A DNA stretch of 64,000 bases, taken from positions 7,807 to 71,806 of IMG/VR virus record IMGVR_UViG_3300025617_000977; one strand, written 5' to 3'. The notes below the pieces were generated by a model. The model worked only from the letters and a program-made list of their open reading frames with translations, ran no database searches and had not been told where the DNA came from. Shown here piece by piece: positions 55,659 to 64,000 of this stretch. Made by a program: the position numbers and the translations under genes. The stretch comes from a virus. Each line of letters starts with the position of its first letter. The stretch's first letter is position 1.

Positions 55659-55940
55659 ATGCAACGTACCATTAACTTTTGGAAAGACTCGTATTACAGT
55701 GACAGTGTAGCATTTTACTTTGAACTTGTTAGTTTTGTTTTCACTGTTACGGCAAGTATGACGCTTGCATTAACAGCAAACGATCCTAATATGGTATATG
55801 TATACCCGGGTTTCTTTGTAGGTAGTGTAACACAAGCATATGCAAGTTACAGGCGCGGCGCGGCATGGGTATTACTGCTCACGTCATACTTTGCCGTAGT
55901 TAATGTATTTGGATTTGGAGTAGCAGTTGGATATTGGTAG
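55659..55940 (+). CDS. three-TM membrane protein
   Basis: Hydrophobic 93 aa ORF. Confidence 0.7.
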   Translation: MQRTINFWKDSYYSDSVAFYFELVSFVFTVTASMTLALTANDPNMVYVYPGFFVGSVTQAYASYRRGAAWVLLLTSYFAVVNVFGFGVAVGYW

Positions 55941-56373
55941 AATCAATATTTGGTTAGATAAGCACTTAGATGATCTAGCAAAAGGAAGATGTCCTTGGGC
56001 AAATAGCGATGTTCCTAGAATACATACTGATCAATATTTAGATGTAATGAAAGCAATGTTTGAATTTCCAAAAGACAAACATGCTGTTCTAGTTGTTCTT
56101 CATGACGTTGAAGATCAGCACGAAGGTAAAGAACTATTTGGATTATGTAGGACACAATACTTTTTAGACCGTAATTTGTTGTTTATCGAATACAATTATA
56201 TGGATTACGAAAATGACTTAAATGATCCGACTATTAGGTTCTTTGTAATACAAAAGTTTGATGAAACAAAAGAAGCAAGTAATAAGTTATTGACCAAAGG
56301 GTACTATAATGAGTATCCTGACAATCGAAACTTTCGAAAAATAAGAGGGCAACATGATGAAATATATGGTTGA
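55927..56373 (+). CDS. hypothetical protein
   Basis: 148 aa, CPWA motif. Confidence 0.6.
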   Translation: MDIGRINIWLDKHLDDLAKGRCPWANSDVPRIHTDQYLDVMKAMFEFPKDKHAVLVVLHDVEDQHEGKELFGLCRTQYFLDRNLLFIEYNYMDYENDLNDPTIRFFVIQKFDETKEASNKLLTKGYYNEYPDNRNFRKIRGQHDEIYG

Positions 56374-56668
56374 CATCGACGGCACAATCTGTTATACTGT
56401 TAACAGTGATTATGAAAATAGTAAACCTGATGTTAAACGTATTGAGTATTTTAATAACTTATACGACAGTGGTGATGAAATACATTACTGGACAGCAAGG
56501 GGCGCAAATTCAGGCAAAGACTGGGAACAGTTTACAATTAGGCAATTTAAAGAATGGGGAGTTAAATATCACAGTTTACGAGTTGGTAAACCCCATTACG
56601 ATATATGGATAGATGATAAGGCACAAAATGACAAAGAATACTTTAAAGGAATTAAAGACTCAAACTAA
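56354..56668 (+). CDS. minimal HAD phosphatase
   Basis: DIDGTI, WTARG, KP.YD..IDDKA. Confidence 0.85.
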   Translation: MMKYMVDIDGTICYTVNSDYENSKPDVKRIEYFNNLYDSGDEIHYWTARGANSGKDWEQFTIRQFKEWGVKYHSLRVGKPHYDIWIDDKAQNDKEYFKGIKDSN

Positions 56669-56891
56669 ACCCTACCAACCTTTGGCTTGGTTAGGAACAA
56701 CCGTACTTTTAATTGCCGCGGTTATGGCGGCGTTTAATATGTACCCTTACTATAGTTATGCATTTACTGTTGCAAACGGTATTTGGGTACTCATTGGAGT
56801 GCTTTGGAAAGAGAAGTCATTGATTGTTTTAAACGCAGGACTTACAATTATATACATTGCTGGTCTTTTACAAGATAGCATTTTCGGCTAG
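56628..56891 (+). CDS. small three-TM membrane protein
   Basis: Hydrophobic; LWKEKSLIVLN. Confidence 0.65.
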   Translation: MTKNTLKELKTQTKPYQPLAWLGTTVLLIAAVMAAFNMYPYYSYAFTVANGIWVLIGVLWKEKSLIVLNAGLTIIYIAGLLQDSIFG

Positions 56892-56941
56892 AAACGATTT
56901 GGTATTTGCCAGCCTAAAATTGGCATACGAAGGAGAACAAT

Positions 56942-59614
56942 TTGAGTTACGTAGACGCATTTTTTGACCGTAATGCTGATCTAATTCGCTGTGTAGAGCG
57001 AAAAGAAGGTAAGCGGACATATTCAGAATACCCAGTAAAATATACATTTTACTATAAAGACCCAAGAGGCAAATACAAAAGCATCTTTGGCGATCCGTTG
57101 AATCGCATTGTGTGTAAGAACACAAAAGACTTTCGTAAAGAACAAGCAATTAATAAAAACAAAGACTTGTTTGAAAGCGATATTAATCCAATCTTCCAAT
57201 GCTTGAGTGAAAACTATCTCAATCATGATGCACCCAATCTAAACATTTGCTTTTTCGATATTGAGACAGACTTTGATCCAGAGCGTGGCTTTGCTGATCC
57301 TAGTGATCCATTTATGCCCATTACTGCTATTACTGTACATCTACAGTGGCTTGATGCACTTGTTACATTAGCACTTCCTCCTAAGACACTTACAATGGAA
57401 CAAGCACAGGAAGAATGTAAAGAATGGGGAGACCAAGTTATCTTGTTTGAAGACGAAGGTAAGATGCTTGATACATTCCTTGATCTAATTCAAGATGCTG
57501 ACATTTTGACAGGTTGGAACAGTGAAGGTTATGATATTCCATATACTGTTAATCGTGTACAACGAGTCCTAAGTAAAGAAGATACAAGACGTTTTTGTCT
57601 TTTCAATCAGTTTCCAAAAAAACGTGAGTATGAAAAGTTTGGGAAACAAGCGGAAACCTATGACCTAATAGGCAGAGTGCATTTAGATTCTTTGGAATTA
57701 TATCGTAAATACACGTATGAAGAAAGACACACTTATCGACTGGATGCCATTGGCGAACTTGAAGTTGGCGAAAACAAAACTGTGTACGAAGGTACGCTCG
57801 ATCAACTTTATAACAATGACTTCAAAACGTTCATCGAGTACAACAGACAAGACGTTGCACTACTGGACAAGTTGGACCAAAAACTAAAGTTTATTGACTT
57901 ATCCAATGAACTTGCTCATGCAAATACTGTTTTGCTACAGACCACTATGGGTGCTGTTGCTGTTACAGAGCAAGCAATTATTAACGAAGCACATCATAGA
58001 GGTATGCAGGTTCCAAATAGAATCCGACGTGAACCAGGCTCAGAACCAGCCGCAGGTGCTTACGTAGCATATCCTAAAGTAGGTGTACATAAGTGGATTG
58101 GTTCAATGGATTTGAACTCACTGTATCCGTCAGTGATTCGTGCATTAAATATGGATCCGGCAACTGTTGTAGGACAACTTCGTCCAGAACTAACAAACAA
58201 ATATGTTGGTGAGCAAATGGGACTAAAGAAAAAGTCTTTTGCGGCGGCATGGGAAGGTAAGTTTGGTACTGACGAGTTTGAGGCAGTTATGGATCAGCGT
58301 CGAGATGTAAGTATTACAGTTGATTGGGAAAATGGTCAATCAGATGTAATGAGTGGCGCACAGATCTACAAAGTAATTTACGATAGCAATCAGCCTTGGA
58401 TGCTTAGTGCTAATGGTACAATCTTTACAACAGAGTTTGAAGGTGTTATTCCTGGACTACTAAAGCGTTGGTACAGCGAACGTAAAGAACTACAAGGTAA
58501 AATGCGTAAAGCAATTGCCGCAGGTAACAAGACAGAGATTGCGTTTTGGGACAAGCGACAGTTGGTTAAGAAGATTAACTTGAACAGTTTGTATGGTGCT
58601 ATTCTTAATCCAGGTTGTAGATTCTTTGACGGTCGTATTGGACAATCAACTACGCTTACTGGTCGTCAGATTGTTAAGCACATGAGTGCAGAAGTAAACA
58701 AAGTTATTACAGGTGAGTACAATCATGTAGGTAAGAGTGTTATTTACGGTGATACTGACTCTGTATACTTTAGTGCATACCCTATATTACGTGCAGAAAT
58801 TAATAACGGTACTATTCCTTGGAGTAAGGACAATGTTATTTCACTGTATGACCAAGTATGCGAATCAGCAAACAAGTCATTTCCAAAGTTTATGAGTGAC
58901 ACATTCCATTGTCCGAATAGCAGAGCAGATGTTATTGCGGCAGGGCGTGAAATTGTTGCTGAGTCAGGATTGTTTATTACTAAGAAGCGTTATGCGGCAC
59001 TGATTTATGACAATGAAGGTCAGCGTATGGATGTAGATGGAAAGCCGGGCAAAGTAAAAGCAATGGGCTTGGATCTTAAACGCAGTGACACTCCAGTGTT
59101 TATGCAAGACTTCCTTAGTGAGATCCTTATTAAAGTATTGCAAGAAGGAGATGAAGAAACTATCCTTGATATGATTGCTGAGTTTAGAAGTGAATTTAAA
59201 TCTCGTCCAGGTTGGGAGAAAGGTTCGCCTAAACGTGCAAACAAGATTGGTCACTATCAGCGACTAGAGCAAAAGCAAGGCAAAGCAAACATGCCCGGAC
59301 ACGTTCGAGCAAGCATTAACTGGAACACACTCAAGCGTATGAACAGTGACAAGTACTCGCAAGAAATTGTAGATGGTATGAAAGTCATTGTTTGTAAACT
59401 AAAACAGAATCCAATGGGCTATACTAGTGTTGCGTATCCTGTGGATGAGATGCATTTGCCGCAATGGTTTAAAGATTTGCCGTTTGACAGTGATGCTATG
59501 GAAGGTACTATTATTGATAACAAATTAGATAACTTAATTGGTGTATTGAAGTATGATTTAGAAAGTACTAAACAAAACAATACATTTAACACTTTGTTTG
59601 ACTTCGGAGATTAA
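56942..59614 (+). CDS. family B DNA polymerase
   Basis: ExoI DIETD, ExoII WNSEGYD, ExoIII YNRQD, DLNSLYPS, KINLNSLYG, YGDTDS, KKRY; TTG start after AAGGAG. Confidence 0.96.
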   Translation: MSYVDAFFDRNADLIRCVERKEGKRTYSEYPVKYTFYYKDPRGKYKSIFGDPLNRIVCKNTKDFRKEQAINKNKDLFESDINPIFQCLSENYLNHDAPNLNICFFDIETDFDPERGFADPSDPFMPITAITVHLQWLDALVTLALPPKTLTMEQAQEECKEWGDQVILFEDEGKMLDTFLDLIQDADILTGWNSEGYDIPYTVNRVQRVLSKEDTRRFCLFNQFPKKREYEKFGKQAETYDLIGRVHLDSLELYRKYTYEERHTYRLDAIGELEVGENKTVYEGTLDQLYNNDFKTFIEYNRQDVALLDKLDQKLKFIDLSNELAHANTVLLQTTMGAVAVTEQAIINEAHHRGMQVPNRIRREPGSEPAAGAYVAYPKVGVHKWIGSMDLNSLYPSVIRALNMDPATVVGQLRPELTNKYVGEQMGLKKKSFAAAWEGKFGTDEFEAVMDQRRDVSITVDWENGQSDVMSGAQIYKVIYDSNQPWMLSANGTIFTTEFEGVIPGLLKRWYSERKELQGKMRKAIAAGNKTEIAFWDKRQLVKKINLNSLYGAILNPGCRFFDGRIGQSTTLTGRQIVKHMSAEVNKVITGEYNHVGKSVIYGDTDSVYFSAYPILRAEINNGTIPWSKDNVISLYDQVCESANKSFPKFMSDTFHCPNSRADVIAAGREIVAESGLFITKKRYAALIYDNEGQRMDVDGKPGKVKAMGLDLKRSDTPVFMQDFLSEILIKVLQEGDEETILDMIAEFRSEFKSRPGWEKGSPKRANKIGHYQRLEQKQGKANMPGHVRASINWNTLKRMNSDKYSQEIVDGMKVIVCKLKQNPMGYTSVAYPVDEMHLPQWFKDLPFDSDAMEGTIIDNKLDNLIGVLKYDLESTKQNNTFNTLFDFGD

Positions 59615-60157
59615 ATGGCTACTCACGGTATGATTGATTTAGAAACACTAGGCGTAGAGCCTGATAGTGTTGTTATGACATTAGGTGCTATTAAGTTTGA
59701 CCCTTTTAGTGATAACGAACCGCATAGCGGATTATACCTGCGAGGCGACATTGAAGATCAAACAGAAAACTTTAATCGTTCAATTGACGAGAATACCCTT
59801 GCTTGGTGGGGTAAACAAGATCAAGCAATTCAAGACGAAGCATTTGGTGATCATGATGATCGTGTTACTGTACCAGAAATGTTACGTCAACTTAATAAAT
59901 GGTGTGTAGGATTAGACTACATTTGGTGTCAAGGTCCTACGTTTGACTTTGTTATCTTACAGCATTTATACAAAGAAGCACAAAAGCCTGCGCCATGGAA
60001 CTACTGGCAAATTAGAGACAGTAGAACACTGTTTGCTATGATGCCTAGTGATCCACGTAAAGCAATTCAAGAGAGCCTACATAATGCTCTTGCAGATTGT
60101 TATTACCAAGCAAAGTGCGTACAACAATCATATAAACATTTTGGAGTTAAAAAATGA
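59615..60157 (+). CDS. DEDDh 3'-5' exonuclease (DexA-like)
   Basis: IDLETL, TLAWW, FDFVIL, RDSRT, HNALAD. Confidence 0.88.
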   Translation: MATHGMIDLETLGVEPDSVVMTLGAIKFDPFSDNEPHSGLYLRGDIEDQTENFNRSIDENTLAWWGKQDQAIQDEAFGDHDDRVTVPEMLRQLNKWCVGLDYIWCQGPTFDFVILQHLYKEAQKPAPWNYWQIRDSRTLFAMMPSDPRKAIQESLHNALADCYYQAKCVQQSYKHFGVKK

Positions 60158-60333
60158 CCGAAGGACCTTTTAAAGATGCATTTAATGCAGACACAACTGA
60201 CGTAATCCGGCGTGAGATTATTACCTATCGTATGAAAGACGATATGATGATAAAAGAAACAGCAGTGCGTGATTATTATAAGTCAGGTGACTACCACGAC
60301 ACTTCAAGTTCAAAACCGTTAGTAGTACGTTAA
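60154..60333 (+). CDS. small hypothetical protein (59 aa, below ORF-track cutoff)
   Basis: Manual translation MTEGPFKDAFNADTTDVIRREIITYR...GDYHD; ATGA overlap. Confidence 0.6.
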   Translation: MTEGPFKDAFNADTTDVIRREIITYRMKDDMMIKETAVRDYYKSGDYHDTSSSKPLVVR

Positions 60334-60334
60334 T

Positions 60335-61105
60335 ATGAAAATTTTACTTACAGGTAGCGAAGGTTTAATTGGTTCGACTCTTAAGAAGTTTTGGGCTGGG
60401 CGTCATACGTTACAGTTTTGCGACCTTGAGTTAGGCCAAGACCTAAATACCTGTGAGTTAAATCACGATGTAGATGTTATTGTACATCTTGCAGGTAAAA
60501 GCGGAGTAAGACAAAGTTTGAAAAATCCAGATGAATATTGGTATAACAACGTTCTTGCTTTCGAAAGGCTTGTAAAGGCTTTTCCAAATACACGCATTGT
60601 ATATGCAAGTAGTAGTACAGCAATAGACCCATCGCGCAATCCTTATGCAATGACTAAATTTATACTTGAACATATTGCGCCAAAAGATAGTTTAGGACTA
60701 AGATTTAGAACTGTATACGGCGGGGACAAAAGACCCGAAATGTTTATACCCAAACTACTTCGTAACGAAGTAGAATATATAAACAACCACACAAGAGATT
60801 TTATACACGTTGCTGACGTGTGTAGAGCAATTACACTGTTGTTAGATTCGTCTACGACTGGAGTAATTGATGTAGGCACAGGTAAGGCTGTGCATTTAAA
60901 GGCACTAATTGATGCAGTTGGTATTGATGTTCCAATGCGTCAAGGCACAGCCTATGAGTTGACTGATAATGTTGCCAATCCAAAAGAATTGTTCGATCTA
61001 GGATGGAGCCCGGAAATTGGAGTAATAGATTATCTTGTCCAAGAGAAAGCACTTGACAAAGGCCGTTTTTCTAAATATAATGTAACTATAGGAGATCAAT
61101 TATGA
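60335..61105 (+). CDS. NAD-dependent epimerase/dehydratase
   Basis: TGSEGLIG, HLAG, YASSS, YxxxK (YAMTK), RDFIHV. Confidence 0.9.
   Translation: MKILLTGSEGLIGSTLKKFWAGRHTLQFCDLELGQDLNTCELNHDVDVIVHLAGKSGVRQSLKNPDEYWYNNVLAFERLVKAFPNTRIVYASSSTAIDPSRNPYAMTKFILEHIAPKDSLGLRFRTVYGGDKRPEMFIPKLLRNEVEYINNHTRDFIHVADVCRAITLLLDSSTTGVIDVGTGKAVHLKALIDAVGIDVPMRQGTAYELTDNVANPKELFDLGWSPEIGVIDYLVQEKALDKGRFSKYNVTIGDQL
61053..61081 (+). promoter_or_regulatory. consensus sigma70 promoter for the clamp (inside upstream CDS)
   Basis: TTGACA-N17-TATAAT; also contains CTAAATA. Confidence 0.8.
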
Positions 61106-61830
61106 AAGACATTTTACAAGACATCGTTGCCCACACACACTCGTTAGGATTTCTTAACATTGTGAAGGTAACAAGTGAAGCAGATACAACTATCGAATCC
61201 ATGGCGGAAGACCGTAGTGTTATTTTAAGTTCACAAACTAAAAATCCAATCAGCGAGTTTACAGGTACGTTTGGTATGCCTAACTTAGAAAAGTTAGCAC
61301 TACACTTAAAAAATCCTGAATACAAAGCAGATGCAAAAATTGATGTTGTACAAGCAGATCGCAATGGCGAAGTTGTTCCTACACACATTCACTTTGAAAA
61401 TACAGCAGGCGATTTTGAAAACGACTATCGCTTTATGAATAAACAGATCATTGAAGAAAAGTTAAAGACTGTTAAGTTCAAAGGTGCATCATGGGATGTT
61501 GATGTTGAGCCCACAATGGCGGCAATTCAACGTATGAAATTAATGAGTGCGGCACACGCAGAAGAACCTACATTTACTGTAAGTACTACTGATAATAACT
61601 TAGTGTTTAGTTTTGGTGATGCTAGTTCACACGCAGGATCATTTGTTTTTGCAACTGACGTTACTGGAACACTTAAACACTCTTGGAGTTGGCCTGTAGC
61701 ACAAGTACAAGCAATCTTAAACTTAGATGGTAAGATTACTATGAACATTTCCGATCAAGGTGCAATGCAACTTACAGTTGACAGTGGTTTAGCAGAATAC
61801 AATTATATTCTTCCTGCACAAACTAAGTAA
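61102..61830 (+). CDS. sliding clamp (gp45/PCNA-like)
   Basis: 242 aa, two-domain alpha/beta pattern, C-terminal YILPA, replication-block context. Confidence 0.7.
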   Translation: MKDILQDIVAHTHSLGFLNIVKVTSEADTTIESMAEDRSVILSSQTKNPISEFTGTFGMPNLEKLALHLKNPEYKADAKIDVVQADRNGEVVPTHIHFENTAGDFENDYRFMNKQIIEEKLKTVKFKGASWDVDVEPTMAAIQRMKLMSAAHAEEPTFTVSTTDNNLVFSFGDASSHAGSFVFATDVTGTLKHSWSWPVAQVQAILNLDGKITMNISDQGAMQLTVDSGLAEYNYILPAQTK

Positions 61831-61841
61831 GGAGAGAAGAA

Positions 61842-63380
61842 TTGAATACGGACTTAACTAAAGAACAAAAAGACTACGCAATCTTTCTGCCTGCTATTAG
61901 TGGCTTCTATGCTACGTTTGTCGGTAAGCAACGCAGAGAGGAGTATGTAGACAAAAGCCGTATTCCTTTTCCTAACAACGAAATGGAAAGTCTTAATTGG
62001 TTTAACAAGAAAGACGGTCTGTTTAACTATCAATGGAGTTTGTATTCCGCTGGACACGCAGAACTTGATGTAAACAAGGATGCTCCTAAAGAAGACATGA
62101 TCAGAAACAGAGATAGAAACAATTCGTGGTTACTTGGTGACTCAGGCGGGTTCCAGATTGGTAAAGGTGTATGGGAAGGCGATTGGAAGAATCCTAATTG
62201 CCCTAAAGCACAAAAGAAACGTGAACAAGTTCTTGCGTGGATGGATGCTTACATGGACTATGGAATGATTCTTGATATTCCAGCGTGGGTTGCACGATCT
62301 CCTGCAGGTGCAAAAGCAACCGGTATTAGCACATACGAAGAAGCCGTTGCCGCAACACGCATTAACAACGATTACTTTATGGCCAATCGCAATGGTAACT
62401 GTAAGTTTCTAAATGTTTTACAAGGTGAAAATCATGCTGATGCAGAAGATTGGTATCAGCAAATGAAAGACTATTGTGATCCAGCAAAGTATCCTGATAC
62501 ACACTTTAATGGCTGGTCAATGGGTGGACAGAACATGTGCGATGTGCATTTGGTTCTTAAACGTATTGTAGCACTACGTTTTGATGGTCTTCTTGAAAAA
62601 GGCATTCATGACTTTATGCACTTTCTAGGAACGTCAAAACTAGAATGGGCAACTTTATTAACCGACATTCAGAGAGCAGTAAGGAAATATCATAATGAAA
62701 ACTTTACAATTACTTTTGACTGTGCTAGTCCTTTCCTTGCAACCGCGAATGGACAAATCTATTGTGAACTCGAAACGAAAGATCGAACTAAATGGGTTTA
62801 CCGAATGGTACCTAGCATCGACAGTAAAGCACTAGCAACTGATACAACACCATTTAGTCAAGCATTTGTGCGTGAAGGCAAATATAAAAGTTTTAAAGAT
62901 TCGCCACTTACACAAAACTTGCAGGCTAAAGATATTTGTAAGTATGCACCTGGTGACCTAAATAAAATAGGCAAAGAAGGAAAAACATCGTGGGATAGTT
63001 TTTCTTATGCGATCCAAATGGGTCATAACGTGTGGAGCCACATTAATGCAGTTCAAGAAGCAAATAGACAATACGACACAGGAGCAGTTCCTGCAATGCT
63101 TGTGCAAGAGCAATTTGACAGGTTATTTTTCAGAGATGTTGTGGACACAATATTCGCAACTGATGACAGAGATAAAGCCAATCAAATCATCGAAGACTAC
63201 AGTAAGTTTTGGATGGCTATCCCAGGTACTAGAGGTGCTATCGGTAAAAAGACCGTAAATGCAAATACATATTTTGACAGTCTGTTTGACGTAGAGGATA
63301 ATGTTGTAGAAGATACTACTCACGAGGATGGTAGTTTTAGCGAAGAAGAAGAGAGTAAACTAGAACAACTCGAAGGATAA
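61842..63380 (+). CDS. tRNA/DNA-guanine transglycosylase-like protein (TGT/DpdA superfamily)
   Basis: DSGGFQ, MILDIP, NVLQG, GWSMGG, HFLG, FDCASP and HN, collinear with TGT motifs. Confidence 0.75.
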   Translation: MNTDLTKEQKDYAIFLPAISGFYATFVGKQRREEYVDKSRIPFPNNEMESLNWFNKKDGLFNYQWSLYSAGHAELDVNKDAPKEDMIRNRDRNNSWLLGDSGGFQIGKGVWEGDWKNPNCPKAQKKREQVLAWMDAYMDYGMILDIPAWVARSPAGAKATGISTYEEAVAATRINNDYFMANRNGNCKFLNVLQGENHADAEDWYQQMKDYCDPAKYPDTHFNGWSMGGQNMCDVHLVLKRIVALRFDGLLEKGIHDFMHFLGTSKLEWATLLTDIQRAVRKYHNENFTITFDCASPFLATANGQIYCELETKDRTKWVYRMVPSIDSKALATDTTPFSQAFVREGKYKSFKDSPLTQNLQAKDICKYAPGDLNKIGKEGKTSWDSFSYAIQMGHNVWSHINAVQEANRQYDTGAVPAMLVQEQFDRLFFRDVVDTIFATDDRDKANQIIEDYSKFWMAIPGTRGAIGKKTVNANTYFDSLFDVEDNVVEDTTHEDGSFSEEEESKLEQLEG

Positions 63381-63384
63381 TAAT

Positions 63385-63564
63385 ATGAGTTTGAACGAAC
63401 GTATTGAAATTTTATTAAAACAACATAAACAACTTGACAAAGAAATTGATCTTTGTTATAGTAACTATATTGCAGATCCGTTGTTGGATAAAATGAAGAA
63501 ACAGAAACTTGCTATTAAAGACGAAATCGAAAGACTAACTAGGACAGTTAAAAATGAAACGTGA
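63385..63564 (+). CDS. YdcH/DUF465-like small coiled-coil protein (below ORF-track cutoff)
   Basis: H..LDKEI...MKKQKLAIKDEI. Confidence 0.7.
   Translation: MSLNERIEILLKQHKQLDKEIDLCYSNYIADPLLDKMKKQKLAIKDEIERLTRTVKNET
63434..63462 (+). promoter_or_regulatory. sigma70 promoter (inside CDS)
   Basis: TTGACA-N17-TATAGT with extended -10 TG. Confidence 0.65.
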
Positions 63565-64000
63565 TTACGAAACAGGCGAAGCAGACAACGTTATCTTCTT
63601 CACAGGTGTAGAAGTTGAAAAGACTCCTGCGTTTGGCTTAAAGACATTGTTTGTAACGGGATTACAAGAACCGCACTTGATTCAAAAACATTACGATCAA
63701 GAACAGTGTGAGCATATTTTCTTTGGTGCTAATCATTCATATGATCCTGTAAAGAACGACGATTGGGAATCGTGGGAGAAATTGATTCAAGCATTCCTAG
63801 TAGCAGGTAAACTTTGTACTCTTGATATTCCGTTGGATGCTTGCAAAGACTTCCAAGAAGGGCCTCTTTGCGAATATGACAACTTTATTCCACAAATTCG
63901 TGTTCCATTGCCTTACACGAAACTTTGGAACTACAACACAATGGTAAAGATTGATGATGTAGACTTTAAGGCAACTAACCCAGGTGTCTGGTGTCATAGC
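63554..64000 (+). CDS. conserved phage hypothetical protein, 3' truncated
   Basis: Open frame from ATG 63554: MKRDYETGEADNVIFFTGVEVEKTPAFGLKTLFVTG...HIFFGANHS...KIDDVDFKATNPGVWCHS. Confidence 0.75.
   Translation, partial: MKRDYETGEADNVIFFTGVEVEKTPAFGLKTLFVTGLQEPHLIQKHYDQEQCEHIFFGANHSYDPVKNDDWESWEKLIQAFLVAGKLCTLDIPLDACKDFQEGPLCEYDNFIPQIRVPLPYTKLWNYNTMVKIDDVDFKATNPGVWCHS

Noticed and set aside
56942-59614. Intein or intron in the DNA polymerase
   Set aside because: The ORF is continuous with motifs in the expected order. The segment between DLNSLYPS and KINLNSLYG lacks intein terminal motifs and endonuclease signatures.
395-63997. Many antisense or out-of-frame ORFs of 60-200 aa (e.g. 3736-4173, 6829-7350, 24038-24562, 47078-47671)
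   Set aside because: They are shadows of well-supported genes, with no SD, no motifs and antisense-codon composition.
1-64000. Stop-codon reassignment (alternative genetic code)
   Set aside because: Known enzymes are full length under code 11, and TAA, TAG and TGA all end genes at expected positions.
1-64000. CRISPR array, integrase/IS element, reverse transcriptase or diversity-generating retroelement
   Set aside because: I saw no regularly spaced direct repeats and no recombinase, transposase or RT motifs.

Overview
The window is part of a large, AT-rich lytic tailed-phage genome (T4-superfamily/jumbo-myovirus-like). It probably infects an aquatic Gram-negative proteobacterium, given the spanin pair, consensus sigma70 promoters and a proteobacterial-type FdxA. 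It is densely coding, almost all on the + strand, in standard code 11. In order it holds: small early/accessory genes with a tRNA-Arg(GCG), glyA and an ATP-dependent ligase (1-8.8 kb); fibre genes plus an auxiliary block with a 2OG oxygenase, queD, a glycosyltransferase, a PMM-like HAD, uvsE and iscA (8.8-18.6 kb); a tail/baseplate block with an S8 protease (18.6-34.4 kb); a short DnaE fragment, GroES, clamp loader, ferredoxin, parvulin, thyX, dCMP deaminase and phoH (34.4-42 kb); a lysis cassette and dnaJ-def-clpA (43-49 kb); a cluster of putative capsid-targeted, protease-processed internal head proteins (49.6-55.3 kb); and a replication block with PolB, an exonuclease, the sliding clamp and a TGT/DpdA-like protein (55.4-64 kb). 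The main signals read from the raw sequence are: (i) apparent absence of AGCT and near-absence of GCWGC; (ii) a fixed TAARTA-N5-ATG leaderless late-promoter layout; (iii) a modular cluster of putative capsid-packaged polyproteins carrying nucleotide-handling enzymes; (iv) a queD + TGT/DpdA-like pair with a structured queD leader; (v) a TadA-independent tRNA-Arg(GCG). Product calls come from motif recognition by eye. No database searches or counts were run.
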